Assembly (NCBI GenBank): GCA_013239625.1
Contig: MU054212.1
Span: 3,746,744-3,810,743, forward strand
From: Lama guanicoe
Lineage: Eukaryota
Length of the DNA stretch: 64,000 nucleotides
Reading direction: 5' to 3'
Positions 38,818 through 51,655 of the stretch are shown here, piece by piece (within the stretch, counting starts at the first letter, position 1; every line of letters begins with the position of its first letter). The notes beneath the pieces were generated by a model, which had not been told where the DNA came from, made no database searches, and saw only the letters and a list, made by a program, of their open reading frames with translations. A program made the position numbers and the translations under genes.

Positions 38818-41800
38818 ACTATGAAACTCTTCGCAGAGCAGGTACCATAAATAACGATTCTTTATTGAACATATAAATTATAGGTTCGGATGGGGTCAGG
38901 TCATGGGTAAACCAGGGAAAAATAATCGTATTGTCCAAAAGCCAACATTGCAAATTCCTCATGCCTTCTAATCATGCCTGTCTAGAAAAAGCTGTCATCA
39001 GATCTAAAATGCTGATTTAGATCCTAGTTATGCATTTGCTAAATCCAACAACATAACATGGAGAGTTCTAGTTTGTCATTTAGACCTAAAGTATACATTC
39101 CCCATTAAACAATTAGAAGTGCAAACCACTACAGTAAAACTGCTTCCAGGCAAACAGATGACCGGAAACAACCCGTCAATTTTGGAGACTTGTATTTAAC
39201 TGTGAACGTTGCCTTCTATTACTGGAAACCACTTAAGGATCCTCTGAAGTGGTCACTTAAGAAGAGGGTATTTCCTCTTAGAGACGACTCTGTAATTGCC
39301 AGCTCCGAAAGTTTCCCTTGAAAGACTGACCAGAGCCCCAGTGTTTCATTGACTATGGCATAGCAGGGGGGAGCTATGGCAATATATTTTTGATTTGACC
39401 CTTGAAGCAGAGACATCGGGTAAAGCACATAATATTCATTCAAAATAACTAAGCTAATCTGATTTTTTTTTTTCTGTCATGACTCACAGAATTCTTTCAT
39501 TCAATAGATTTATGGGCTGGCACAGTTCCAGGCACTGGGTCTAGGAGATAGAAAAGAATAAATGAGTACAAGGGTATATTACTCTCTAGTGAGGAAGAAA
39601 GAAAATAGCCTTATAGGTTATAACAGCACACCAGCAGCAGGGAAGAAAAAATTTTTCATTTCTTTCCCTGGTTCTACACTCATCTTAAGACATTTCTTCC
39701 ATAAAGTATCTGTCCTGAATCATGGCTAAGAGACAAATAAGGACCATTTTCAGGCCCACCATGTCAGGATGCTGTGGTTGCACACTGCACAACTATGTGA
39801 TGTCTAAGAGGGGCCATTCCCTCATGGACGTATCCTTACAAGGACAGACATGGAGGTTGAATCCATCTGTACTCAGGGGCATCTCCAAGTCACTTCTTTC
39901 CTGTGCTTCTGCTTAAGAAGCCTAGTTCCTTTCATACAGTTAGAATCAAGCCTAGTATGTTTGCTTCACCCGAGGGTAAGCTCATTCTACCTCCTCGGCG
40001 CCTCGGTGCGTGTCTTCCTGCTGTTGTCGGCTTGCCAAGGAATCCTGGGTACGTGTGAGCGGGAAAGCGTACAGGCACGTGTGTGTCAAGCTCATAGCAT
40101 TGTCTGTGGGTCTCAGGAAAACACCCCCAGGGTAGAGCTATTCAGGTTATGCTAACTTCTTTTGTTTAACCTTATGGACAGAACGACTTCTTGGGATTCT
40201 CAAATAGATACTGGCAGCAACCATCCCGTTTCACTTGCACACAAAACAAAACTAAACAAAACAAAACCAAGAAAACAGACCTTTCCTTTTTCTTTGTATC
40301 TGCTCCTTGACAGACGATAACAAGCCAGCAAACCCCCAACACCCAACCAGCACTGCCTTTTGTGCTGTGTGTGCGGAAAACTCCTTTGATCCTCAGCAGC
40401 AGCTGCTGTTTCCAGAGTCTGGCTCTGCACTGAGGGATTCCTGGTCAGCCCAGAACTTTCACTCTTGAGAAGCCGTGTCCTAGCTGAGTGCAGCCTGCCC
40501 GGCGGCCTCAGCAGCTACTGTGGCTGCCCAGCTGCCCACAAGTCTGTTTGAAGCCCGGCGCCCCGCGCCTGCCCAGCGTTCGTCTCTCTCTCCTGCTTTG
40601 CCGCTGCTTCGCTGCAATTCACTGAAAATCAAGGGGCAGCCACAACTCTTTGGCTCTCTCTTGCTTCCTGTCCCTCTAAGGGTGAGAGAAACAGGCACAG
40701 GTAGAAATGTGAGTTTGGTTCTACAGGCACCTTTCTGGCATACACAATTTCCGTCTCCCGAGTGACCTCCCTTGACTCGATAAAATTCTTAAAACAGCAA
40801 CAAAGGAAACAGCAGCGTGTAATTGTATTAATCTCCCCAAAGCACGTAATAAAAGATCAAAACCCGATGACCTTTGTCACCTGAAGCAAGAATAATTTCC
40901 ACGGCTCAGATCGCTACCTCATCCCCATCCGGACTGGCTCCTCAATGATCAGAAATCATACTATGAAACTTTTCACAGAGCAGGTACCATAAATAACGAT
41001 TCTTTATTGAATATATAAATTATAGGTTCGGATGTGGTCAGGTCATGGGGTAAACCAGGGAAAAATAATCGTATTGTCCAAAAGCCAACATTGCAAATTC
41101 CTCATGCCTTCTAATCATGCCTGTCTAGAAAAAGCTGTCATCAGATCTAAAATGCTGATTTAGATCCTAGTTATGCATTTGCTAAATCCAACAACATAAC
41201 ATGGAGAGTTCTAGTTTGTCATTTAGACCTAAAGTATACATTCCCCATTAAACAATTAGAAGTGCAAACCACTACAGTAAAACTGCTTCCAGGCAAACAG
41301 ATGACCGGAAACAACCCGTCAATTTTGGAGACTTCTATTTAACTGTGAACGTTGCCTTCTATTACTGGAAACCACTTAAGGATCCTCTGAAGTGGTCACT
41401 TAAGAAGAGGGTATTTCCTCTTAGAGACGACTCTGTAATTGCCAGCTCCGAAAGTTTCCCTTGAAAGACTGACCAGAGCCCCAGTGTTTCATTGACTATG
41501 GCATAGCAGGGGGGAGCTATGGCAATATATTTTTGATTTGACCCTTGAAGCAGAGACATCGGGTAAAGCACATAATATTCATTCAAAATAACTAAGCTAA
41601 TCTGATTTTTTTTTTTCTGTCATGACTCACAGAATTCTTTCATTCAATAGATTTATGGGCTGGCACAGTTCCAGGCACTGGGTCTAGGAGATAGAAAAGA
41701 ATAAATGAGTACAAGGGTATATTACTCTCTAGTGAGGAAGAAAGAAAATAGCCTTATAGGTTATAACAGCACACCAGCAGCAGGGAAGAAAAAATTTTTC

Positions 41801-43100
41801 ATTTCTTTCCCTGGTTCTACACTCATCTTAAGACATTTCTTCCATAAAGTATCTGTCCTGAATCATGGCTAAGAGACAAATAAGGACCATTTTCAGGCCC
41901 ACCATGTCAGGATGCTGTGGTTGCACACTGCACAACGATGTGATGTCTAAGAGGGGCCATTCCCTCATGGACGTATCCTTACAAGGACAGACATGGAGGT
42001 TGAATCCATCTGTACTCAGGGGCATCTCCAAGTCACTTCTTTCCTGTGCTTCTGCTTAAGAAGCCTAGTTCCTTTCATACAGTTAGAATCAAGCCTAGTA
42101 TGTTTGCTTCACCCGAGGGTAAGCTCATTCTACCTCCTCGGCGCCTCGGTGCGTGTCTTCCTGCTGTTGTCGGCTTGCCAAGGAATCCTGGGTACGTGTG
42201 AGCGGGAAAGCGTACAGGCACGTGTGTGTCAAGCTCATAGCATTGTCTGTGGGTCTCAGGAAAACGCCCCCAGGGTAGAGCTATTCAGGTTATGCTAACT
42301 TCTTTTGTTTAACCTTATGGACAGAACGACTTCTTGGGATTCTCAAATAGATACTGGCAGCAACCATCCCGTTTCACTTGCACACAAAACAAAACTAAAC
42401 AAAACAAAACCAAGAAAACAGACCTTTCCTTTTTCTTTGTATCTGCTCCTTGACAGACGATAACAAGCCAGCAAACCCCCAACACCCAACCAGCACTGCC
42501 TTTTGTGCTGTGTGTGCGGAAAACTCCTTTGATCCTCAGCAGCAGCTGCTGTTTCCAGAGTCTGGCTCTGCACTGAGGGATTCCTGGTCAGCCCAGAACT
42601 TTCACTCTTGAGAAGCCGTGTCCTAGCTGAGTGCAGCCTGCCCGGCGGCCTCAGCAGCTACTGTGGCTGCCCAGCTGCCCACAAGTCTGTTTGAAGCCCG
42701 GCGCCCCGCGCCTGCCCAGCGTTCGTCTCTCTCTCCTGCTTTGCCGCTGCTTCGCTGCAATTCACTGAAAATCAAGGGGCAGCCACAACTCTTTGGCTCT
42801 CTCTTGCTTCCTGTCCCTCTAAGGGTGAGAGAAACAGGCACAGGTAGAAATGTGAGTTTGGTTCTACAGGCACCTTTCTGGCATACACAATTTCCGTCTC
42901 CCGAGTGACCTCCCTTGACTCGATAAAATTCTTAAAACAGCAACAAAGGAAACAGCAGCGTGTAATTGTATTAATCTCCCCAAAGCACGTAATAAAAGAT
43001 CAAAACCCGATGACCTTTGTCACCTGAAGCAAGAATAATTTCCACGGCTCAGATCGCTACCTCATCCCCATCCGGACTGGCTCCTCAATGATCAGAAATC
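38818..43100. repeat. Tandem duplication: 38818-40957 and 40960-43100
   Basis: The ORF track repeats with offset 2143; 2-bp spacer 'at'; about 8 differences by eye. Confidence 0.97.
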
Positions 43101-46100
43101 CCAAGCCATGCAAAGTGCACAGCCATGCAAAGGGAAACGGCAGGAAGGAGAACAACGCTATCTATGACCCGGATCTGGAAGACCTTAAACCACCCTGCTT
43201 CTCGGATTGCAGGCTGGCCTCTGCTGCATGAGCCCTGCACTGTTTGAAAAACTATCCCTTTAAGGTACAATTGATTTAGCCATAAATAAATCCTGGAGGG
43301 AACGTTCTGCTCTTTGCTAGGAAGGGCAGCTCGCACCAAGTGCCTGTTCTTTCACACGGCGATATTTGATAGGCCCCAGCGTTGGCTGGAAAATGTAATT
43401 TGCTCAGTGAGGCATGTCCATCCCTTTCCTCTGATTACTCGCTGCTCCCTTTACAAATGCACCGGCCCCTCGCCTCTCCGTGTCCATCTGGGCTTAGCTT
43501 ACGCTGATAGCAAATATTTATCACATCAGTGATTATTTTTATTATAAAGAACATACACAGGCCACACAGCCATGTTGGTTCAATGATAAAATTATATCTC
43601 TCCCCCCAGGTAATTCCTAATAGAGTCATTATAAGGCTTTCCAGGCTCGTTGAGACTTTCCTGGAGACCCACGATGCGTTAGTCTTCTTCCGTGAACCGT
43701 TTTTCCTGATGCTTCTCTGACGAGAGAAGGGTCACCTGTATCAGCAAAGTTTCCACTGAAAGGACATTTGCGCTCATCAGTGTTATCACTCCGGTGAGTC
43801 TGGTTTTCATCAAGAGCTTTAAAATGAATAGCCTCTGGGTTTTCGATAAACACCAAAATGCACTAACATGAAATATCTGAGTGGGTCAGGGATCGCAGCG
43901 AGTTTCAGTTTCTGCCAGTTTGAGACTGACTTTCAATTCCGGCTCCTACCTTTGGTTCCAGTTCTTAAGGTTTGTGTCCTGTAGGCAAAGGGAACCGCTA
44001 TTCTTATCTCGGCAGGCATGGAGCGCAGTTCAGTTCCTTCAACTAGATAATCGGTGCAAAGGACATAAGTATGATTCTTTAAGTCTGTGATCCTCAGGAG
44101 AGAATATTAGAATGTCCAAAGCAGGATTGTACTTGTGAGGATGGGAACTCAAAAATGCAATCTGTGATTTTGCATTTATCAGAAAAATCATTTTTAGTGT
44201 GATAAGCACCTCTAAATTGTACAGAGGCTTTTAAATTTACACATAAGTACGATGAAAACAGACCTATGTTAACTTGCTAATTATTGATGGGATGTCTCTA
44301 AATCACAGACATAAAGTGGTGTATGTGTCCATTCCTTAGAAAAGTTAGCAATTCAGTGTTCTCAAAGAGATCTAGTCAGGGCCCATCTCTATAACATTCA
44401 AACGAAAATTCAGATGACCGTTTCATGTATTATTTCTCTGTACCAAGAAAAATCTCTAGGAATTATGATATTATTTTAAATATGCATTGTAAATGTCACA
44501 GGTATTCTTTGGGATGGCTGTAATTCTGTTTTGTGATGCTCTTAGCATAATCTTGGCAGGAGAAAAATTCCCAGGTGCACCTGCAGAGAGCAGATGGCTT
44601 CTAACAGCTCTGCTGGGGGGAGGTCTCAGTTCCCGGCATGGTGCACCCTTTCCTGGGACCAAAGTGCCAGGTGCCTCCCAAGCTCCATTTGGGTCCCACA
44701 CCCCCCTATACGCGTTTCAGCTTCCAAACCCGCCCAAAACTGTTCCTCCCTCGTTTTGTATTGATAACGCTCGTTTATTCTTCTCCAGATTAATTAGGTG
44801 ACCCTGGGAAAAGTTGGTGGGCAGGGATGACTGAATGGGGGGTCCTGTCCATCGAGGATAGCACAGGCTGGCCCGGGCATGGAGAAACCGTCACCCGTTC
44901 ATCCCAAGCGAGAGGGGAATGGGAGAAGCTTTAAAGGGAAAAATATTAAAGAAAAAAAAAAACTTTTAGTATTTCCTGTTTTTCTTCTCAGGACTTATCC
45001 AACAAGCGGAGTTTACACAAATTAATTACCTCACCAACAGATAAATTGAAGGATATGGGTAAAGTCATTGCACAGGGAAGATAGAGATTATAGACAAACG
45101 TTTGAAAAATAGTGATTTCATCTTATCAAAGGTATGAAGATTAAAATGGTATATCACTGTCTCTCTATCAAACTATTAAGACTTAAAAATAATCATCGCC
45201 AGCCCTGTTATGCGCTCCTGGACTGCTAACAGCAGTTTAAGTTAGAGAGTGGATAATACATCTCAGTGTTTTTGATAACGTTTCTACCATTTTGCCAAGA
45301 TTTCCAAGATGTTGGAACAAATCAGTCTTTAACAATTACAAAAGAAAGGATAATACCAACAGACATCATGATACTCAGTGAAAGTTGTGTTAACATTAAA
45401 TTGGAAAATAAAAACGTTTATCTCCAACAAGAGAATAGTTGAATCCTCTACGACCACTGACTTTATAGAATATAATGCTGTTAAAATAGTCCTTTACCGT
45501 AATATAGCAGTATGGAAACACATTTATTATATACTGTTACACAGCGTAAACTGTCTCTTTACTATGATTACATCAGCACAAAATTATTTAATAAAACACG
45601 AGTAAATGAAAATAGTTTGGATATTAGAAAAACGTGATTATGGGTATTTTTCTTTTCCCATTTACTTTTTTTATTAGAACATTATTTTAGTATTTTAAAG
45701 TTCATGATACTAATATGCTTCTCTCACAAAGCCACAGTCTAACCTTTAACATTTCATTTAGTCAAAATCTTCCTGTCACCAAAAGTCAGTAGCGTAACCA
45801 AAACGGCATATGTAATAAGGAATGCTCTTCTTTAAAGAAAACTGCCTTTCTTAGTACCCATGATTTCAGTAATAATTTCATGTTAGAATGCTATCCTTGG
45901 TAGTTATGCTGAAATAAAATAATTCAGGCAATAGGCACGATTTAAAGCTCAGTTTGGCTTAGCTTCTTGGGAAGCTTCACGATGGACTTTCTTACTGACT
46001 CTGGCAACTTTCCAGATTTCAAAGTATCATTAAAAACTATAAGAAGAAAAAACTATGCATGTCAGGCACAACTTTGTCAAAATTAAGCTCAAAGCCCATC

Positions 46101-46309
46101 TGGCCCCATTGTCTTATTGAATTTGTCACATTTTATAGGTAGTTGAGCTTCTTTCCTAATAATCAATCTTTCCAAAGGATGACAAGAATGACTTCATTGT
46201 CGAAGTCATCTGCCAGAGTTGGTTCCATCAACATGACGCTTTCTCTCCCAGAATTTCACTGCTTATATACATTTTGAAATTTTTATTTTGAAGATCTCAT
46301 TTCAAAATC

Positions 46310-47080
46310 CCCAGTAGGCCTCAAAGGACTCATTTTATCTCTGCTACTGCCCAGTTCCAGCCACCCTCAAATCTCACCCTGCATCTCAAAGAGCCTCCTA
46401 ATCGATCGTCTCACATACACGACTTCTTGCTTCAATCTGTCCTCGCTTTGGAGCCAGAGTGGTATTTTCAAAAGATAATTTGAGTCATCTTACAACAGCC
46501 TCTATCCTCTACCCTCCTCTCCACCCTACACCTTGCCTCTTCAGACACCTCCATGGCCTCCTAGTAATATGGCACCCCTGTCCTTCCCAGATTTCCCCCC
46601 ACCTCCCGCTCCAGCTCCAGCTCCCACCATCCTCTCGCTGTTTGGGGTGCTTCATTCCCCTCGGCCTTCTTTCATTTTCCCCAGCGGTCATGACATTCCC
46701 CTCCCCACCCTCAACTACACAGCCAACCTCACAGCTTTTACTCCTGTTACTCATACTTCCCTGAATGTTCTGCTATGCCTCACTGAGTGAACTCTGCTTA
46801 CCATTCAGACCTTAGTTCAAGGAAACCTTTCCTGACCCTCCAGCATAGGTCAGATCCACCACTGCACTCACTACCAGCACCCTCAACTTTTTTATGATGC
46901 TTATCACCAGTTTACACATTTGATTAATGTCTTATCCTCCAGTATCTTTTAAGCTCTGAGAGAGCAGAGATCTCATTAAATTTTCTTATCATTATATTCT
47001 CAGCATTTAGCAGAGTCCTGCTCATAAAGTAGCCACTCAATAAATGAATGAATAAAAGCCAAGAATAGATTACATTTTCT
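46310..47080 (+). mobile_element. L2 3' fragment
   Basis: 'ggaaacctttcctgaccctccagc', 'aagctctgagagagcagaga', 'agtagccactcaataaatgaatgaata'. Confidence 0.65.
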
Positions 47081-48833
47081 CTCTGTTTCTTTAGCTTCCC
47101 GATCCTCTTCCCTTCCCCCCGCCCCACACCACCAAAAGCCAAAATGGTGTTCTTGTTATTTACCTAACACAGATTTTAGGGATTGCTGCAATGTTACTTT
47201 AAGTGGTGGATAATTGATATCATTTGCCAATATGAAATGCTTGATGTGTGGTAGGCTCTTAGAAAAAACTTTGATGAGCAACAGAAATAACTCTATATAT
47301 CTGGCTGACAAATCAAATGTGGTCAGGGGTTAAATGTAAACATCTCAAGTTGCTCCATTTCAACTAAATGAGGGAAGCCAACTAAAAACCAGGAATAGAC
47401 TCTCCGCTTCTTATCTTCTGAGCATCCTTTGGACAACGTGTGTGTCCCAGACCCTGCATGGCTAGACACACAGGTGAAGTAAACAAACCTCTGTTCTCAA
47501 GGAGCCCCCTGTCTGGCATAGCTCTACAGCACCCCTACAGCACTGGAGAGACCCTCCGAATGTGTAGTCTTACAATCCAAAATTTGAAACGTGAAGCTCT
47601 TTCTCTGCTTACATACTCTAATTTAAATGTATTCAGGTTTCACGAATAGACTGATAACCTTTGTTTCCGTGACAGGAAGAGTTTAAAAAATATCTGTAAG
47701 TGCTCAAAAAATTCTGGTTGAATGGAATAAATTTATCTGTCTACCCATCGATCTATTTATCTTTTATAGCAACTTTAAAGCAACATTTTTACTATCACTT
47801 TTTTTCACCCTCCTCAGGTTACCTGAAGATCCTTCAAAAAGGATAATATTATGTACTGGAGAACAGACGTTTCTCAACCCGAGGGTCCACGATGGTTATG
47901 AGAAACCTATAGTGCAGTTCAGAACATCTTAGTTGCAAATCCCTACTCCCGAGTCACTACATTAAGATTCAGAAAATTCAAGATACCTTGAAATAACAGG
48001 AATGACATTGGCAATTTCAAATTAGAAGCAAATAGTAGCAGGAATCCAAGCCCGTGAACCAGGCATGAACTAGATCAAAGATGTAAAAGTCCTAAGCGTG
48101 AGCAACTCTCCTGAGATGCTTCTTTAGCAGTAACATGGGGGTGATAATAATTGTGCTTTCTTCAAGAGTTTTCATCAATATCTGAAAAGCGCTTTAATCT
48201 GATATTTAAAAGGTGTTATGGAAGGTAAAAAATGTTTGGGGTGTGTGTGATGGGGATGGGTGGGTGTGTGTGGTGGGTGTGGGCATATGCTGGTCATTCT
48301 CAACAAGCATCCAGTCACAGCTTTTCAAAGAAGTGGAAATGCAAAGGGGTTTGTTTCCAAAGCTTATTTGAAAAGTGAGAAGATTTTTACATGATTATGT
48401 TTTTTATGTAACGTTCCTTGAGCTATTTATCAAGGCGCAGAACTGAAGAAACATGATAACAGCTGGTACTGGCTAGGAATTACTGTACTTAATTAAAAAT
48501 TAGATGTAGATACTGGCAGCTTTGGTTTCACAAGGTACCTGTCCTACCCACTGAGGGAAATTTAAATTCCACTTAGTACAATCAGTACATCGATATATAG
48601 AAGAGTGTTGTAAGCAGATACTCTGCAGGGAGATAGAGGACCGTCTACAGCCGACTATGCAAATGGATGAACTATGATTATTTTTATTGAGACTATTTAA
48701 GTTGTGTTGGTTTTGAATGAATACCAAAAATATGTGCTCGTTTTCACATTCAGAGAATTAGGAGAAGTATAGGAAACAGACTGACTCCTAGAGATACAGC
48801 AGTACAAGAAACCAGAGTTAAAGTACTATTGCA

Positions 48834-48953
48834 GGGGAGGCTATAGCTCAAGTGGTAGAGCACATGCTTAGTATCCACAAGGTCCTGGGTTCAATACCCA
48901 GTGCCCCCTCTAATAAATAAATAAATGAATAAATAAACCTAATTACTCCCCCC
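48834..48953 (+). mobile_element. tRNA-derived SINE (camelid Vic-like)
   Basis: 'ggggaggctatagctcaagtggtagagc...ggtcctgggttcaatacccagt' plus (aaat)n tail; TSD aaagtactattgca (48820-48833) / aaaatgctattgca (48954-48967). Confidence 0.85.
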
Positions 48954-48999
48954 AAAATGCTATTGCATTTCCTTCCAATTCTATGTATGTAGATAGACT

Positions 49000-49700
49000 T
49001 TTAAATTCCTCTTGCAAAATTGTGATTATAATTTTATTATATATTCAGTTTGTGGATAAAGGTCAAATTTAGGATTGGGTTTATGGATAGATGCAAGGTC
49101 AAGGTCACCGCTGTAAAAACTTTATCTTATTATAGTAAATTTGCTTATAAAACATATTTTAATAGCTATATAATATTTAATTATATAGTTCTGTTCTAAA
49201 CCATTCCCCCATTGTGGATATTTAGATGGTGTATATGTTTATTTGTTTGTTTTTCTCATATATTGTTAAGTATCTCTAATTATTAAGATAAATCTCTAAA
49301 AGTAGACTTTTGTGATCAAAACCTTTCAATGCCATATAAAGGTTTTTTTACACATATTATAAAATTGTTTAAAAGACTTTTGATGCCCATCAGAAATATA
49401 TCAAATTATCCATTTCTTCACAAACTTAATATCATTGAATATTAAAAATTGTATCTCTCATGCCAAATTCATGGAAAGATAGAAAACTTTATTGTTGTAA
49501 TATGTATTTTTATTATATACTGAGTTTGCAAAGTCTTGTACATATACTTTATTTTTGTGGATTTTTTTAATATATGATTGCTTACTGTTTAATAGATATA
49601 TTAGTATTTTTATTGATCTTTAAGCAGACTAGATAACAAATATATTAATAAGTGATGGCTTTTTAAATATTTCCTCAATTTTTATTTCTATTTTCATTTT
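49000..49700 (-). mobile_element. Old L1ME-like fragment
   Basis: 'ccattccccattgtggatatttagatggt', 'gataaatctctaaaagtagacttttgtgatcaaa' resemble antisense L1 3' sequence. Confidence 0.5.
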
Positions 49701-49719
49701 GTTAGGAGTGCTTTTTGAC

Positions 49720-50900
49720 CTTTATTCATGAAATAATTATTGAACTCTTGCTATGGGGTTGCAAACTGTTCTGAGCCCTATGATACAGAAATGAACAAAA
49801 CAATAAAAAATCTGGCCTTCGTGAAGCTAAAACAAGATAGTCAAAAATCCTGGACTTCATGAAATTTATAATCTAGTTGTGGGAGAAAGACAACAGACAG
49901 ATAAAAAAGTTAACTCATATTATAGCAGAAGGTAAGATGGCAATAATGCCACAGTTAAAAAGTGATAGAGAGGAAATAAAAGATGTTAGTCATGATGACT
50001 GCAACTTTCAGTAGGGTGGCTGGAGGATGATTTTGGAGTAAAAACTTGAAGGAGGTTTGAGTTTAGCTAGGCAAAAGAAATAGCAAGTGCAAAGTCCATA
50101 GATGAGATATACCAGTTATGTTCAAAGAACAGAATGAAAAATACTAGTGTGGCTGGAATCAGTCAAGGTTGAGATGCCATTAGAGACATTATGGGGACCC
50201 ACATAATGAAGAAGCTAGTGCACTATTGCTAAACTTTGGCATGCACGTTGAATGAAAAATGGATACTTGCAAAATATTACATACATCAGTGACTTGATTT
50301 GACTTCCAGACTTATTCTGAGTGCTGTCCTAGATACAGGTGGAAGAGGATACCATGGTTAGGAGACTACTGCAATAATCCAAACAAGAGAGAGAACAGAT
50401 TGATAGTAATTTAGAATGGTCAGACTCTAGTTACACGCTGAGAAAGAGTTAACAAGATTTACTCAAGGCAAGGTTTTGGAAGGTGAAAGCAAGTCAGTGA
50501 TGACTCTAAGACTTTTGGCCTGAGTAATTAGAAGGATGGAATGGTCATGAAGATAGTCAATTGGAGAAAAAACAAAAACAAGGAACCATGAGATGAGATG
50601 AGATCACTCAGGCAGTGACTGTAGATGTAAAAGACAAGAGGAACAAAGTCTGAGATCTGGGGGTGCCAACCAGCAGAAGAGTCTGAGACGTGGCCATTTG
50701 GAATGAGGAAAGATAGAAGGTTCCTGAAATGTAAGGAAAGAGTTTAAAGAGGAGAGAATAATCAATGGGGCAAATGCTAGTGACGGACTGGATAAGACAG
50801 AGACTGGGATTCAGAAGTTCCATGAATATAACGACAGGGATGTCGCTGATCGCCTTGACAGGAAGAGTTTGAGTGAAAGCTTGTAAAGCCAGCTATTGTT
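49720..50900 (-). mobile_element. L2a
   Basis: Antisense L2 motifs 'gatacagaaatgaacaaaac', 'atagcaagtgcaaagtcc', 'ttaggagactactgcaataatcca', 'tttggcctgagtaattagaaggatgga'. Confidence 0.75.
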
Positions 50901-51311
50901 ATACTATGGATCAGTGCAATGGAGAGTATAATATAATTATCAAGGGTAGAGACTAAACTGGAGAAAATGACAAACACAAAACTAATCTATAGCACAGCAG
51001 TTAACAGAACAGGTTCTAGAGTCAGATTAAAATACAACCCTGACACTTTTATGCCATTAAACTTTGTTATTTGTTTTATGTTTTATGTTGCACTAAACCC
51101 ATATTCCCCATCAAGTTTTTGGAAAGATTAAATGAGATAAAGCCAGGCGACCACCATGGAGGTCCTTGGCACACTGCGGTGCTGGACAACCAGGAGATGC
51201 TAATAAAGAGTTCACTGTATTCCCACTTAACTTTCACGTGCTTTGTATTTGGTGCAAAGAAGCGAATGTGACTATTAAACTAAACACTGGATTGTCATTA
51301 AAAATGGTTAG

Positions 51312-51344
51312 TGACAACATTGTAAATCAACTATACTTCAACTG
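51312..51344 (+). mobile_element. 33-bp L1 3' tip with TSD
   Basis: 'ttgtaaatcaactatacttcaa' is the reverse complement of the L1 end at ~21955-21976; TSD aaaaatgRttag at 51300-51311 and 51345-51356, at a TT|AAAA site. Confidence 0.75.
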
Positions 51345-51369
51345 AAAAATGATTAGCCGGAGAAATATA

Positions 51370-51655
51370 TCCTAGGTCTCTAGAGTTCTTGCCTGCTTTC
51401 AAGCTGTCTCCTGGAACCATGCAACTACCGTATGAACAACCCTGGGTTAGCCTCCTGGAGGATGAGAGACCACATGAATGAGAGTCCACATGCCCTTCCT
51501 GGGGCCCAAGGCATGTGAGAGGCAGAGGAAACCCACACAGTTACGTCCAGTCTAGATCATTAATCTGCAGACTCATGAGCTAAATAAATGGTTGTTACTG
51601 TTGTAAGCCATTGAAACTCATTGGATTTGTTATGCAAACATAGGTAACTCATATA
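51370..51655 (+). mobile_element. MaLR MLT1 3' fragment
   Basis: 'gggttagcctcctggaggatgagagaccacatg', 'catgagctaaataaatggttg...taagccattg...tttgttatgca...ggtaact'. Confidence 0.7.

Noticed and set aside
39219..42908. Paired identical ORFs suggesting a duplicated gene family
   Set aside because: They simply follow from the DNA duplication; no splice structure or homology supports coding
49805..49870. Short diverged direct repeat within L2
   Set aside because: Old, small local duplication with no functional hint
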